From: Marsupella aquatica | Lineage: Eukaryota; Plantae; Marchantiophyta | Assembly (NCBI GenBank): GCA_973895155.1 | Contig: OZ316898.1 | Span: 12,365,659 to 12,429,658 of the forward strand | Reading direction: 5' to 3' | DNA length: 64,000 nt | Shown: piece by piece, positions 10,782 through 22,340 of the stretch | Layout of the letters: the number at the start of each line of letters is the position of its first letter | Numbering within the stretch: the first letter of the stretch is position 1 | Translations under genes and position numbers: made by a program | Notes under the pieces: model-generated | What the model saw: only the letters and a program-made list of their open reading frames with translations | The model's database searches: none | Told to the model about the DNA's origin: nothing

Positions 10782-13700
10782 TTAAGATGGAACCTTCGCA
10801 CAGTTTTCAAGGTACTCGAGTGCTACGTTGTAGTAACCGGCCATGGTTTTGTACTTAAAGATGGGTTCTGGGAAGGCTTTCAAAGCTTGCGCCATCTTTG
10901 CTGCCAATGCTGGCCGCGGTTCAAATACCGAAAGCGGCTTTATGTATGTGCGAATTGTGAACAGAATAGCACCCGTCCTGCACCAAACATGACATCCCAC
11001 CAAGAGCCATACTTATGGTTTGAAGAGTCTAACATAAACATCAAGAGCCGTTAAAAATAGTTAAGAGAGGCCACACTTGGATCATACTTAAACGACACAC
11101 ATTTATTGCTAATCCAAAAATAAAAGTGGATACTGACTGAAATTCAACCCATCAGATACGGTTCGACCTAAATGTTGAGATAAGTAAAAATTTCCACAAA
11201 GGCAGAAAAATCTCATACTGAATGAATTGATTTTAAACTGCACCAGCTCCAAAGAGACATGAGAGGCATGAATGTTCAATATGAGTTCCGACAATTAATC
11301 ACCATCTTTGATGTCCAGTGCTTACCTTGGGAGACGCATCAAAGTTTCTCTTTCGCAACGAGTAAATAACCGTGAGCCAGCTGTAGATACCGTTATTGGA
11401 TCACCGAAGTTTCTGATCCGACCTTGGAGGGCAGCATAGATTTCCTCCTGAAGCCGGGTAGATACATCCACATACGAAAAATGGATTGAGTTAAACTCTA
11501 GATATTGAATGACAAATTTCCAGGGGTCAAACATGAAGAATGTGGTAAAGGGGCTACCTCATTCAGTGGCTGGAAGAGAGTTGGATCATCAGCTATGGTC
11601 TGCAAAGCGAATATCATCAGTCACTTGTGTAAGCCTAACTACTGATGCTTTCAAAGAGAAGCTTTACTTCACAAGGGCAGGGCTACTATTTCCTCCTTTG
11701 AGTCGACTCTTTAAATTAGGATGTTTCCAAACAAGGGTCATGATCTCATCGCTATGAAATTCAGTCACGAGCTAATTGCTTCGAACCCTTAATGAAAAGA
11801 TTTTCTTTTGACGTCCTGGTCAAAAAATGGATGAACAAAATCCTACTGTCCACCATTTTTCTTAATTATTTGAAAGGCGTTAAACGTACACATGCTAGCG
11901 TGCAAGTAAGGGAACAGGGAGGGAAAGTAGCCTCGGGAGGATTACCCAATTGGCTCGCCATACTGGTTTGCCCACTTTCAGGCGATCCATAAAAGCATTT
12001 GCTTTGGATGCAATCTCTTCTTCATAGAGAGGCACTGGCAGGTGTATATTTCGCATATCCATTCCCAGTTTCTCTATAAGCGACCAGCGTTGGGGAAACA
12101 ATACAACTCCTGACACAAACCTCAACTCGCCATCGACCTTCATCATGAGGCATAAGTCCTCCTGCATCCAGTTGTCATATAAAAACTCAGCAGAACTGAA
12201 AATATTACCTCACAAAAATGGGAGATATTGAAATCCACATTAAAATTGTACTTTGTCGTTCAAGCATTTCTTCTCTGGCCCCGCGCATCTGCTATCATAT
12301 CTCACCCGATATTTGCTACAAAGTCTTGCTGCCTACAATCTACATCAAGCCCGGAAAGTTGCATCATAATTGACATGGGAGACTCGTTAGAGAACTCCAT
12401 ACTGCAAGATCGAGCGCTGAGGTGTATACCTGGACGAGTCGGGAACTAATATCGAGAGGGTCCTGCGACCTGTCAGAGATATCGAAAACTTCACCAGTGG
12501 AAAGGTTGTGAATGACGGTCCCACCCTCGGCAACGGCAAACCGAGACGGGAATGTCTTGGGAAGAAACTCAACTAGAAGCTCCAGAACTTCCCAATTCGC
12601 TTCTACTGCTTGAGGGTATGCCGTGTGGGTTGCAACTGCGACCTCTTTCCGTGTTGCTAACAGTTCTCTGCGAAGAGCCATCTCTTCGTCGTAAAATATG
12701 TCTATCTCGATCCAGTCCTCAGGACGCATTGGCTCCACTCCCATTGTCATTTTGTAAGGAACTTTTAACGGCAGGTACTCAAAAGTTCCTGCAACATCCC
12801 ACGACCGTCACAAACTGTGGGCACCGCCACGATCGAAAACTAACCTGCAATGAATGCTAGAAAAGCTCAAGCTTCCACGCTTGATTCCCATCTATTATAA
12901 GCACTACATTCTTTAGTGCCCGTTTCTGCAATGTCAATGGCACGCTATCCGACATTTGTCCGAATGGAAACTCATTTCGACCGGAGATCTGATATGTAGT
13001 GTCTGCCCAATCCCCCAAAGGTGCCCAGTGACAAGCGGTGGTGGGAACCTGTCTCTGATAAACTTTTCTAGAATAATGCTTCCAATATGGACCATACAGA
13101 ACCTGAGTTGTCTCCTGAAGACGAGGATAGTCAAAGTACCAGGGCCAACGTTACGCGCTTCTGGAGATGAAGAAGGAGCTGGAGCATGAGGTGTCGAGAC
13201 AGGCAATGGTGACTGGGTTGCTGTACTCGCTGCTTCAGTGGTAGGAGGTTCCTTTCCGTCCCTCCGAATGGGACTTTGAAATCCGAAGGGACACTTGCTC
13301 GCTCTTGCCGCTGCATTCTTCGAGAATTTCCGAGCTGGTACGACTAACTGCAAGATGAGTGGGAGATGTAAGCCAGGGCTCCCCTGCCAGCAATTCTACA
13401 TATTCTTCTCTACCTTGTTGGGAGTAGACTCCTGTTTAAATTAGAAAATGCAGTCAGTCGGTAGAACCAATCCATCAAAAGTGCTCCACTGTATGTTCTT
13501 ATTTGCACTTAGAAACCTGATCTATGTTATGCTCTTTCCAGCCCCAGCCGTTGTTGTGGTCTGAATAACCCTACTTGAACCTCGTTTCTTGCGTTTCACC
13601 AGCTAGAGTAACAATGAATTTTCGTAATGTATCTTTCTACAGATGCGTTTGATAACAAACTTCTGCTCTCAAGTGATTTAGCTCAGTGAGGCTTGCTGTT

Positions 13701-15072
13701 TGAGAGTGCGTTTTGCTCTTCTTACCCGGGCCTCTAATTAATTTATGAGTCCAGCTGAGTTTTTCTTTTTCAACACTTGGCTTTACTTAAAACACTCCTG
13801 GGAAAATATCTACTGTATAGTTTGTTCGTGAGGTAATTTCCTTTCCCCATCCAGTCATACTTAGAACCAGAAGACACTTTCCCAATATCGGTGTAGAGTA
13901 GAAGTACGTGGGTGGGTACATAGCTAACATGCAGACTACTACTTTCACTCAAAATTTAAAGTCATCAAGAAGGTTTCGATGTTATTACCGACTTTTCTCA
14001 CAAACATTTCGCTCAATACTAGGTAATTTAGTTCTGGAACATTGGTTCAGGTCTGACTGTATAGCAGTTGCCACTCGTACCGTGTGGTATGAATTGTGTC
14101 CGTGAAAAAGTTCCATTTGTACTCCTAACAATTTCTTTCCTTCTTTCATTTCTCTACGCACTCTAGGCAGCTGATGGACCTTTGAGCGTCCACTTTCAAG
14201 CTATTTGAATCACAATTCAGGTCAATGTACATCGACGAGCACAACGCAGTACTCTGGTTTTAATATGCACATTTTGACGAACTCTTGTAAAGTACCAGTC
14301 ATGCACGGCACAACAAAGCTCACCTTGAGTTTGGTAGAGAATCCAGAGGCAGGGGAAGTAGTCGGTCGGAGTTGGACCAACTTGCCGCTGGCCTTCAAAC
14401 AAGCTGCAGCTGTTCCTTTGGCCGTCGACGATGACTGATCACAAAAGGCAACGTAGTGAGTTATTAAAGAAAGGTACCCATTTCGATTCCGAGTTTGACC
14501 GACGATTCTCATCCTCCGTGCTGAAATTTCATGTCTGAACATTAACAATTTTGCCTCTGATATCATTGCATTTGTTTCAAGAGGCATTAGAAAACTTCTT
14601 TCGGTTCCTTTTTGGAGATAGCCGATTCTGTACGTTTGATAACGAGAAGACTACGAAGGGCAAAGGGCTCACTCCAGATGGAACAGCACAATCCCCCAAA
14701 ATATGATTACAATAATGAGTTATAAACAGTAAATTTTCAACGATTAGAATAGAAATGAATACAGTAGTTTACAGGGAGCAAAGGGACCAACGAGGCAGGC
14801 CATGCAGTAGCTGCCTTTCCCGCCAGCCGACCAAGAAAACATTATCAAGGAAAAATGAATAGATTAGATACGAAGACCAGATATCAACGTAGATGAGGAG
14901 CAAACTTTCCATCTTTTTGAATTTTGCTTCATGTCGTGATGATTGTTTTGATTGTTTGGATTAGCCTCTCAGCTCGCCTCTCTACGAACTCGAGCAGGAG
15001 AAAAGAGCGATTCACCTGGTACGGTGTGTGGATCCCTGCAATGGCAGCAGGTGGGTGGTGGAGTGATGCCAT
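10782..15072 (-). CDS. DUF3445 / heme-dependent oxidative N-demethylase alpha-subunit-like protein, ~455 aa, spliced, with a probable organellar transit peptide
   Basis: Phase-consistent GT-AG exons: 15072-15016, 14434-14324, 14200-14162, 13431-13414, 13347-13140, 12788-12430, 12161-11946, 11599-11558, 11447-11326, 10977-10782. Motifs MTMG..P..PEDWIEID, LVQEDLCLM, LFPQRWSL.EKLG...IH.PVP.Y, VWRANW, RCERETL.RLPRTGAILFTIRTY. The small 5' exons are less certain. Confidence 0.85.
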
Positions 15073-16029
15073 CAAGAACACTGCCCTGCAAAAGCGTACC
15101 AATTGCGAATGAAACCGGCATCTCGGCAGTCAGATCAACACTCTTCATACTCTTGAGGCCAACAGTATCACAAATTATACAATTCCCGAGGGAAGTGAGG
15201 GGCTCACCCCTAATAAAAACGTTGTCCCCCCGTCCTTCCGCAGGGAGGAATCGCAGGGGTCAGGGGACGAAACCGGGCGGGATTCTTAATTGTAGTCCGT
15301 TGCTAGTAAGACCACGACCCGATTGCCGTAGAGACATGCAAGTGGACTGCAGGAGATATCATTGCATAAATTTTAGTACGTCGAACTCAAAGATCACTGA
15401 ATGCTCGAAAGGCCCGTGCACAGCCAGAGTGCTTGTAAAGCTCAGAATTCTAGGCATAGATTCGACAAATTCGACAAAACCCTCAAACATAGTGTAGTAG
15501 CGAACGAAACCGAGGTTGAGTGTGAGTAGATTGAGCTTGAGAAAATTATGCTTTGACGCTCATTGAAGTGTTAATTAATAGAGCTGTGCGGAGCTTCAAC
15601 CAGATTCCTCAACCTCCTTTTATGGTTGCAATTGCAAACAAATCCCTAGACGAATGAAACGAGGTCCTTCCAAAGAGTGAGTGAGAGAAGCAGAGAGCTC
15701 TTCTGTATGTCAATTACGTGCATACCTTGCTTCAACTGGAGCTTCTGCAATCAATTTGCTGCGCGACTAGAACAGAATCAATTTCAATTGATTCAATTGA
15801 AGGTCAATTGTGGAATCTCAATTGAAGGTCAAATGTGGGTGGGCGATGCAACGACAGAAAGAGGAAATTTCCTGGAATACTTCCGGAAAAGAAATTCAAA
15901 CGGTAGAAAACCAACCCACGTAAGACCATCTCCACCGGTTAGTGGGTTGGTATACTGTAAACTCTATGTTGACCAAACCCACTTTTTTGGCCTTTTGGTT
16001 GTCCTCCTTTTTGATTGTGTCTTTTGGTT

Positions 16030-16300
16030 GTCCCCCTTTCGATCGGGTCTTTTGGCCCCCTTGATTGGGTGTTTTGCCCCTGGTTGCCCCCCTTGATTGG
16101 GTGTTTTGCCCCTGAGTGTCCCCCTTAGACTGGGTCTTTTGCTTGTCCCCCTTGTTGGGTCTTTAGCCCCTGAGTGTCCCCCTTGTTGGGTCTTTAGCCC
16201 CTGAGTGTCCCCCTTAGACCGGGTCTTTAGCCCCTGAGTGTCCCCCTTAGACCGGGTCTTTTGCTTGCCCCCCTTGATTGGGTCTTTTGCTCCTGAGGGA
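16030..16300. repeat. Tandem array of ~24-33 bp units (GGGTCTTTAGCCCCTGAGTGTCCCCCTT)
   Basis: Repeated units visible directly inside the left arm of the Harbinger-like element. Confidence 0.85.
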
Positions 16301-16634
16301 CCACGTCTCCCAGTTGGGCGCCCTTTGTTTTTGGCAGTTTGCAATATGGACTAAGGTTCAACAAAAAAGGGGGTTATTCTAACGCTATTCATTCATGAAG
16401 GCTATTTATTTCTGACCTCATTGGGTTTTTTGGTTACTGGATATATGATATGAACTAGTCTATGGTGCATTGATTGAATACAGGATTCATTGGATCTGTA
16501 TAAGATATGAGCTACTCTATGGTGCATTGATTGAATACATGATTCATTTCAGGGTTCTCCAAGATCCAATGATTAGCATCCAAGGGTGCATATGTCAAGA
16601 GATACTACAAAATCCAGCAACCATTGGGTTTGCT

Positions 16635-19420
16635 TTTTTTTTTCTTTTTTTTTTGAAAAACACGAGCGCACTTTATTGAGAACAAACCCGTCTGAGGGGA
16701 GGAGACAGGAGAAAGGAACAAGGAACAAATAAGGGTTGCTGAAAGAGGGAGCACACCCAGAGAAACGAAGGCGAGACCACCCCAAACCGGCCGCCTAAGG
16801 GGAGGAGGCGGGCCATAGAGGAGAGGAGGGACCCAGAAAGCCAAACATAAGCCGAACCAACCAAGACCTGAATATGAAAAAGGAGCATCCAAAACAGCCA
16901 ACCTAGCCAGAACCACCAAAGCCCCAAGAGGCCCCCCGCTGAACTCCATCTGTCCTGGGCTGCCTTCGATGGCTATAGTCAACCACCACTTCCCCAGCTG
17001 CATCGAGGCCAGACCACTCCCTGAGATCACCACGCCCTCCATACGAGAGTCCACCTCAATCTCCGGACATTCCCTGGATCACCAAGAAGAGAGCCTTGAT
17101 GATTTCACCTTATTGTGCCCTGGCTATGTCCAGCGCGGGTACCCGAGGTTATGCCTCGAGATCCCGAAGCATAGCCCGGGGCAGAAACTAGCAGACCAAA
17201 GATTCCATCGTGCCTGATCTCCATTTTTATACCAATTTATGATCCTAGAACTTGAGTGTAGAACACCTCCCAAGGAAAGCAGCCATAGCTGATGCGACGG
17301 AGAAAAGAGATAGGCAACCAGTCCAGATGCCAATTAGCGACTTTAACTTGGCATTTAAACCTCCCACTCACCAATCATGGGCTCCATATGTAACAGCCAG
17401 CAGCCAGCCCAGTGGAGAGTGACAGAGAGAGCAGGGGACACACCTACAGCGCCAAGGTTAGAATCCAGCCGATTACCATGAGAGAAGCTCCCCAAGATAT
17501 CCGAGAATCCTGGGAATGGGACGGAACAAATGACGGCTACCACTAGAATTGTTAGCTGAGAGCCTACAGATCCTACCTATCCAACAATGTAGTACCATGA
17601 GTAGCCTACCTATCTGTCTTTGTCTAAGTCTGTCTGATTGCTACATTTGCAGCGGAAAAAAGTCTGTGCTTCTGAAAAGAGATAGATATGAAACCAGACT
17701 CGAATAGTCCGATGAGAATCTAGTTCTGAGAGAGCGGTGGTAAAAAAATGTCAATACTGGCCGCCAGTCATGGTGAACCAGGATCCCAGGACAGGGGGGG
17801 GCGGCAAAAAAGCCAGATGGCGGGACAGAGGAATATGTCTCCAAAAGGTGAGAAACCAAGCTACCATCTCCAATGGCGAGCGCCGGATGAGAGAGCCCCA
17901 CAAAGTAGCGAGAAGAAGCCATAAGGGACAGCAAGGGAAAGACCCACCAACCATTGGTACTTGTGGGGGGAGGAAGAGAGCAGCAAGGAGATCAATGGAA
18001 CGAGGGATGTACTGTGCCATATGGTGATGGGAGGAACAGACACCAGATGAGGATCGGAACTAGCCCATGATAGAACTGAAGGGATGGGGTAATCCAAGAA
18101 TAGGAGAAGAAGAGAACGTAACGGGAAGAAAGGAGGCTCTAGAACATATATTAATATAATAAGAAGTGAGCCGTGGGGAAAAGTATCCCAAACAGAAAGT
18201 CAACGAGGACAACGAGAGGTCAGAGGACCAGAGATATACTTCTCAACATAGTATAGACGATTTTTCTTTTTTTCTGAGTCTGAACAAAGAGCCACCGAAC
18301 GAAGATGCTGAACGACAGATGATGCGGCCAGAAAGGGGGAGAAGACTACAATTTGGCTCTGAAACAACCGAGAGTTTCTATTTTTCCATAGGAGCCACAC
18401 AGTTTCATAGATAACAAAAATATGAGCAGATAGCCGTGGGGTACGACCAAGGGCAAGGTCCAATGTGCTTGTGAAAGAATGTCCCCCTGGAAGAAGGGAG
18501 AGAGACGGCACCCGCTCATAGAACCAGGCAGTCCGGTTCCAAGCACAAATAGCTTGCCTGCAGGAGAAGAAAATATGAGGATTATCCTCCACCCGATCCG
18601 GGCAGGATGGACACGTCCCATCTCCATGTCCACACTGCTTAGCTCGTTTTCCTGAAAATAATCCTGCAGCCAGGACCCGCCATAAAAAGATTTTACCACG
18701 ATTAGACAGATCTGATCGCCAGATCCTCCTCCACCTGCGCCCCCAATCTCCTGCAGAGTCTGACGTCCCCCATCGATTGTTAAGAGAGCCGATGTCTCCC
18801 CCAGCCTGGTGTAGGAAATTATAAGCTTGCATGCTGCTGAGGAAATGAGGTCTGTGATGATTTTGAAGGCCACACCAGAACCATTGGGATCCGGCGAAGG
18901 AAGAAGAAATGGAAGGTGGAGGGCCGCTATGAATAGACAAAATGATCCTAGATAGAGTGTATAACTCTATGACCCCAAACCCCCGCAGCCTGGAGAGACG
19001 AGGCAAAAAGTCCACCCAACAGCCCGGATCCTGCATCCAGAGGTCAGAGACATACCGAATATTTAGACGATAACAGGCGATGATAATCCTAGGAACCAAA
19101 GAGATAGGAAAGTCTGAGGAGGTGAAAATTTAGGAAGAAAGTCCGCGATCCTCCATCTTGCTGGAATGGCTTGTGAGCCATACTGCCAGTGCAAGTTGAT
19201 CCTGATCTTATTCCATGCCCTCCATATACCTGCCGTGTATACCATACCTCGAAAGCTGGATGGGGAGGAGAATAGGAACCGATCCATGGTGGTGTACCCT
19301 GCTTGGCGAAGCAACACCGTCTTTTTCCATGCTGCCAGGCGGAGATTGGCCGAGAATAATATCGCCCAGTCTGAATCCTGGTCTGATATCATCCGAATGG
19401 CCCATCTGGCCAGCAATGCC
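16635..19420 (-). mobile_element. 5'-truncated L1-clade LINE with a long 3' UTR
   Basis: Poly(A) tail (T run 16635-16654 on +) and 7-bp TSD GTTTGCT (16628-34, 19421-27). Contains frameshifted ORF2 C-terminal pieces. Confidence 0.85.
18200..19416 (-). pseudogene. L1 ORF2 C-terminal remnant (post-RT region and zf-RVT), frameshifted near 19070-19100
   Basis: LLARWAIR...W; KIFLWRVLAAGL...CPSC...EDNPHIFFSC...W; WLLWKNRN..LF. Confidence 0.85.
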
Positions 19421-19739
19421 GTTTGCTGTTTGACATATCATCTTTGCTATACAAAGCAAAGACAACCCTTTATGCTATATTTAATGTATACAATAAGCAA
19501 ATAGCGTACACAGTTGGAGATGCTCTAACTAGAATGGACATCATCTTGAGAATCATCATCAATACAAATAGCTCAAAACATTCCTTTGAGGCTTATGAAG
19601 GATCATCATAATTGTGGTCCCATTTTCCAATTTTTGTCCCCTCACTTTTGGGAGAGGAGTGTAAGCCCAAGTGATTGAGTGCTCTATTTTCCCATTACAG
19701 TTTCAAACATCCACCCTAGATTTGAATCATGGCACTTGG

Positions 19740-20525
19740 TGTAGGATCAACATAGTCAGCACATGTGACGTTTCATAATCATCATCCATATAGCACTCGA
19801 GTACACCGATACAAAGATATGTGGTTCACCCCGTTAGGGCTACGTCCACGGCCGCACCAAGAGCTTCACTATGAACACCAAAAATACATATCACCATAAA
19901 TGATCCATGGTCCAAGCTCTCTCATTCTCACACAAAGTTCTCCACTAAGTGTTCTCTCTTCATGGGATACAAAGAAGGTTATCCCTTCATGAAGAATCTA
20001 GTCAACTAATGTTAACGTACTCCGGTTAACTTACTTTAGTTAACCTAGCCAAGGTTGAGTAAAAATGCGAACAAATTCCCACTTGACTCTAGCCTTGAGC
20101 TAGCTTCTAGCAATTTGAAGCTAAGATCTGTAGGGAATTGCAATGTCTTGCAAAATCACCATGAGGGATAACCTTGGTTAACATGTCAACTGGATTGAGT
20201 TTACCATCAATCTTGACTAGCTCAACCTTTCCAGTTGACACTGCCTGTTTGATGAAGTGAATACCGAATATTAATGTGTTTAACTCTGTCATGTGTCATT
20301 TGGTTGACAGTTATGTGTAAAGCACTATTGCTATCACAATGGACATTCAAAGTACAATGCGTTGTGTATTCTCCAAATCCTTCATCAGGTTGCTTAACCA
20401 AATTGTCTCCTTAGCTGCTTTAGTTGCTATCACATATTTAGCTTCAATAGAAGACTGATATATGCATTTATACTTTGTGGACCTCCAACTCACACATCCA
20501 CCTGCAAGAGCGAAAGTGTATCCTT
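19740..20525 (-). mobile_element. Ty1/Copia 3' remnant: degenerate RNase H, PPT and 3' LTR
   Basis: Minus-strand translation gives GYTFALAGGCVSWRST, HFIK...KIDGKLNPVDMLTK. PPT GAGTCAAGTGGGAATT at 20074-20089; LTR TG...CA at 19740-20073. Confidence 0.85.
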
Positions 20526-21435
20526 GTTAAAACCATAATTTTGTAAAGTAAACCACAAAGGGAAGTTAGTACACCAGATGTGCACATTGTTGAAATTGTT
20601 TTCTCTCATTCTCATGAGAGAAAAGAGAATTCACTAAGGAGTGATTCAAAATGAAAGATTAAACATTTATGAGGGGAGCCAAATTCATTCAAAATACTCT
20701 AACTTCATAAAAGTTCACTGAAATTTAAAGGGGTCCAGAAATTAATTCAAAATAAAATTAATACAAATGGTTCACCTTGTTAAGGGCATATTAAAATCAA
20801 AATACTGGACACAAAATCTGAAAGCTGGATTCAACATTATAGCAGCTTCATAATATCCTCCAATGATGGGACTCGGATTATAGAGTTGTTGCTCGGGGGT
20901 CTCACTTCGCGAAAATCTCATATCACGTGCGACTAAGTATAGGGTCCGTTAATTGGGTTTCTCGGAAGACTTAAGAAGATTTGTGTAAGAACAATAGGGT
21001 CAATTTTATATGTTGGACAACTTGTAAGAATAATAGGGATATTAATATTTTTGACTATGTAGATGGAAGACATACAAGGAAGTTAGGGGGTCTTTGTGTC
21101 GGACTATGTAAATTACACGTGTCACTATATCATTGGTACACATGGCACACATAACATTCTCAATATATTTTCCTAAGTCATGTTTATTTTAACATGGATT
21201 CTAATTTGAGAATGATTTAAGTGGGTCTGGTTTTTTGGGGACTCACGTTTAGGGTTTGAGTGGGATTAAGTTTGAAATTGTTCCGTTTAACATGTCTAGT
21301 TTCCCTCAATTGGCCGCCCTTGTTAGTCTCCTCCCGTGTCATTTCCCTCCAATATCCCTTTGGCCCCACCCGCTGTTTGGGATGAGAGACTCTTTTGTTT
21401 GTACCTTGCAGCAAATGGTGTAAACGGGGGTCTAA

Positions 21436-22340
21436 ACGAGTGTGCTGCTGCTTGGAGCAAAGAAGGATTGAGAGAGAGTGTTGTGACCTCGGATGCGAGT
21501 GAAGAAGGATCAAGCGAGAGTGTTGTGCTCTCGGCTGTGAGTGAAGAAGGATCGAGCGAGAGTGTTGTGGTCTCGCCTGCGCTGCTGCTACGGCTGCTTG
21601 GAGTGAAGGATCAAGCAACATTTATTGGCTGCACTGCTGCTTAGAGCGAAGGATCGAGCGAGAGTTGTTGGCTGCGCCTTGGAGTGAAGAGGAGAGCGAG
21701 AGTGTTGCGCTCTCGGCTGCGTTGCTGCTGTTGCTGCTTGAAGTGAAGGATCAACCCAGAGTTCTCGACTGCGCGCTGCTACTTGGGAGTGAAGGATCAA
21801 GGTCGTTCTTGGCTACGCTGCTGCTTAGAGTGAAGGGGAGAGCGAGACTTCTCAGCTGCACTGCTGCTTAGAGTGAAGGGGAGAGCGAGACTTCTCAGCT
21901 GCGCTGCTGCTTAGAGTAAAGGGGAGAGCGAGACTTCTCGGTTGCACTGCTGCTTGGAGTGAACCCGGGAATGAAGGATTAGGCGAGAGTGTTGCGCTGC
22001 AAGGTTGGAGTGTATAGGTGCGCTATTGTCTTGGTTGAGGGAGTGTGCTACGTTCCTGTTGCTGAAATGATAGGAAAGTTTATGTGACTGCTGTGTTGTT
22101 GCTCAAACAGGGAGTGCGGGCGGGAGTGTGGCTGTTGCAAGTGCTGTGTTGCAGCTGCTCAAACAAGAGGTGGGTGCCGGGAGTGTGGCGTTGCTGCTTG
22201 TTGAAACGGAAGCTGCTACCTTGCTGAAACGGGAGCTACTAGCTTGCTGAAACGGGAGCGAGAGTGTTGCATTGTTGCTTGCTCAAACAGGATTGCGAGG
22301 GCTACTGCCAGCATTGCTGTGTTGCTCAACCAGGAGGTGG
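21436..22340. repeat. Internal tandem array: 43-bp unit CTGCTGCTTAGAGTGAAGGGGAGAGCGAGACTTCTCAGCTGCA plus degenerate copies, then GTTGCTCAAACAGG-type repeats
   Basis: Near-perfect units start at 21818, 21861 and 21904; about a dozen looser copies flank them. Confidence 0.85.

Larger units (their letters stand above)
15924..19525. mobile_element. Non-autonomous PIF/Harbinger (Tourist-like) element hosting an L1 insertion
   Basis: TIRs GACCATCTCCA (from 15924) and TGGAGATGCTC (to 19525), with TAA on both flanks (15921-23, 19526-28). Confidence 0.7.

Noticed and set aside
21436-22340. CRISPR-like appearance of regularly spaced repeats (also 16030-16300, 44460-44975, 49665-49837)
   Set aside because: Units are contiguous without unique spacers, there are no cas genes, and the context is eukaryotic.
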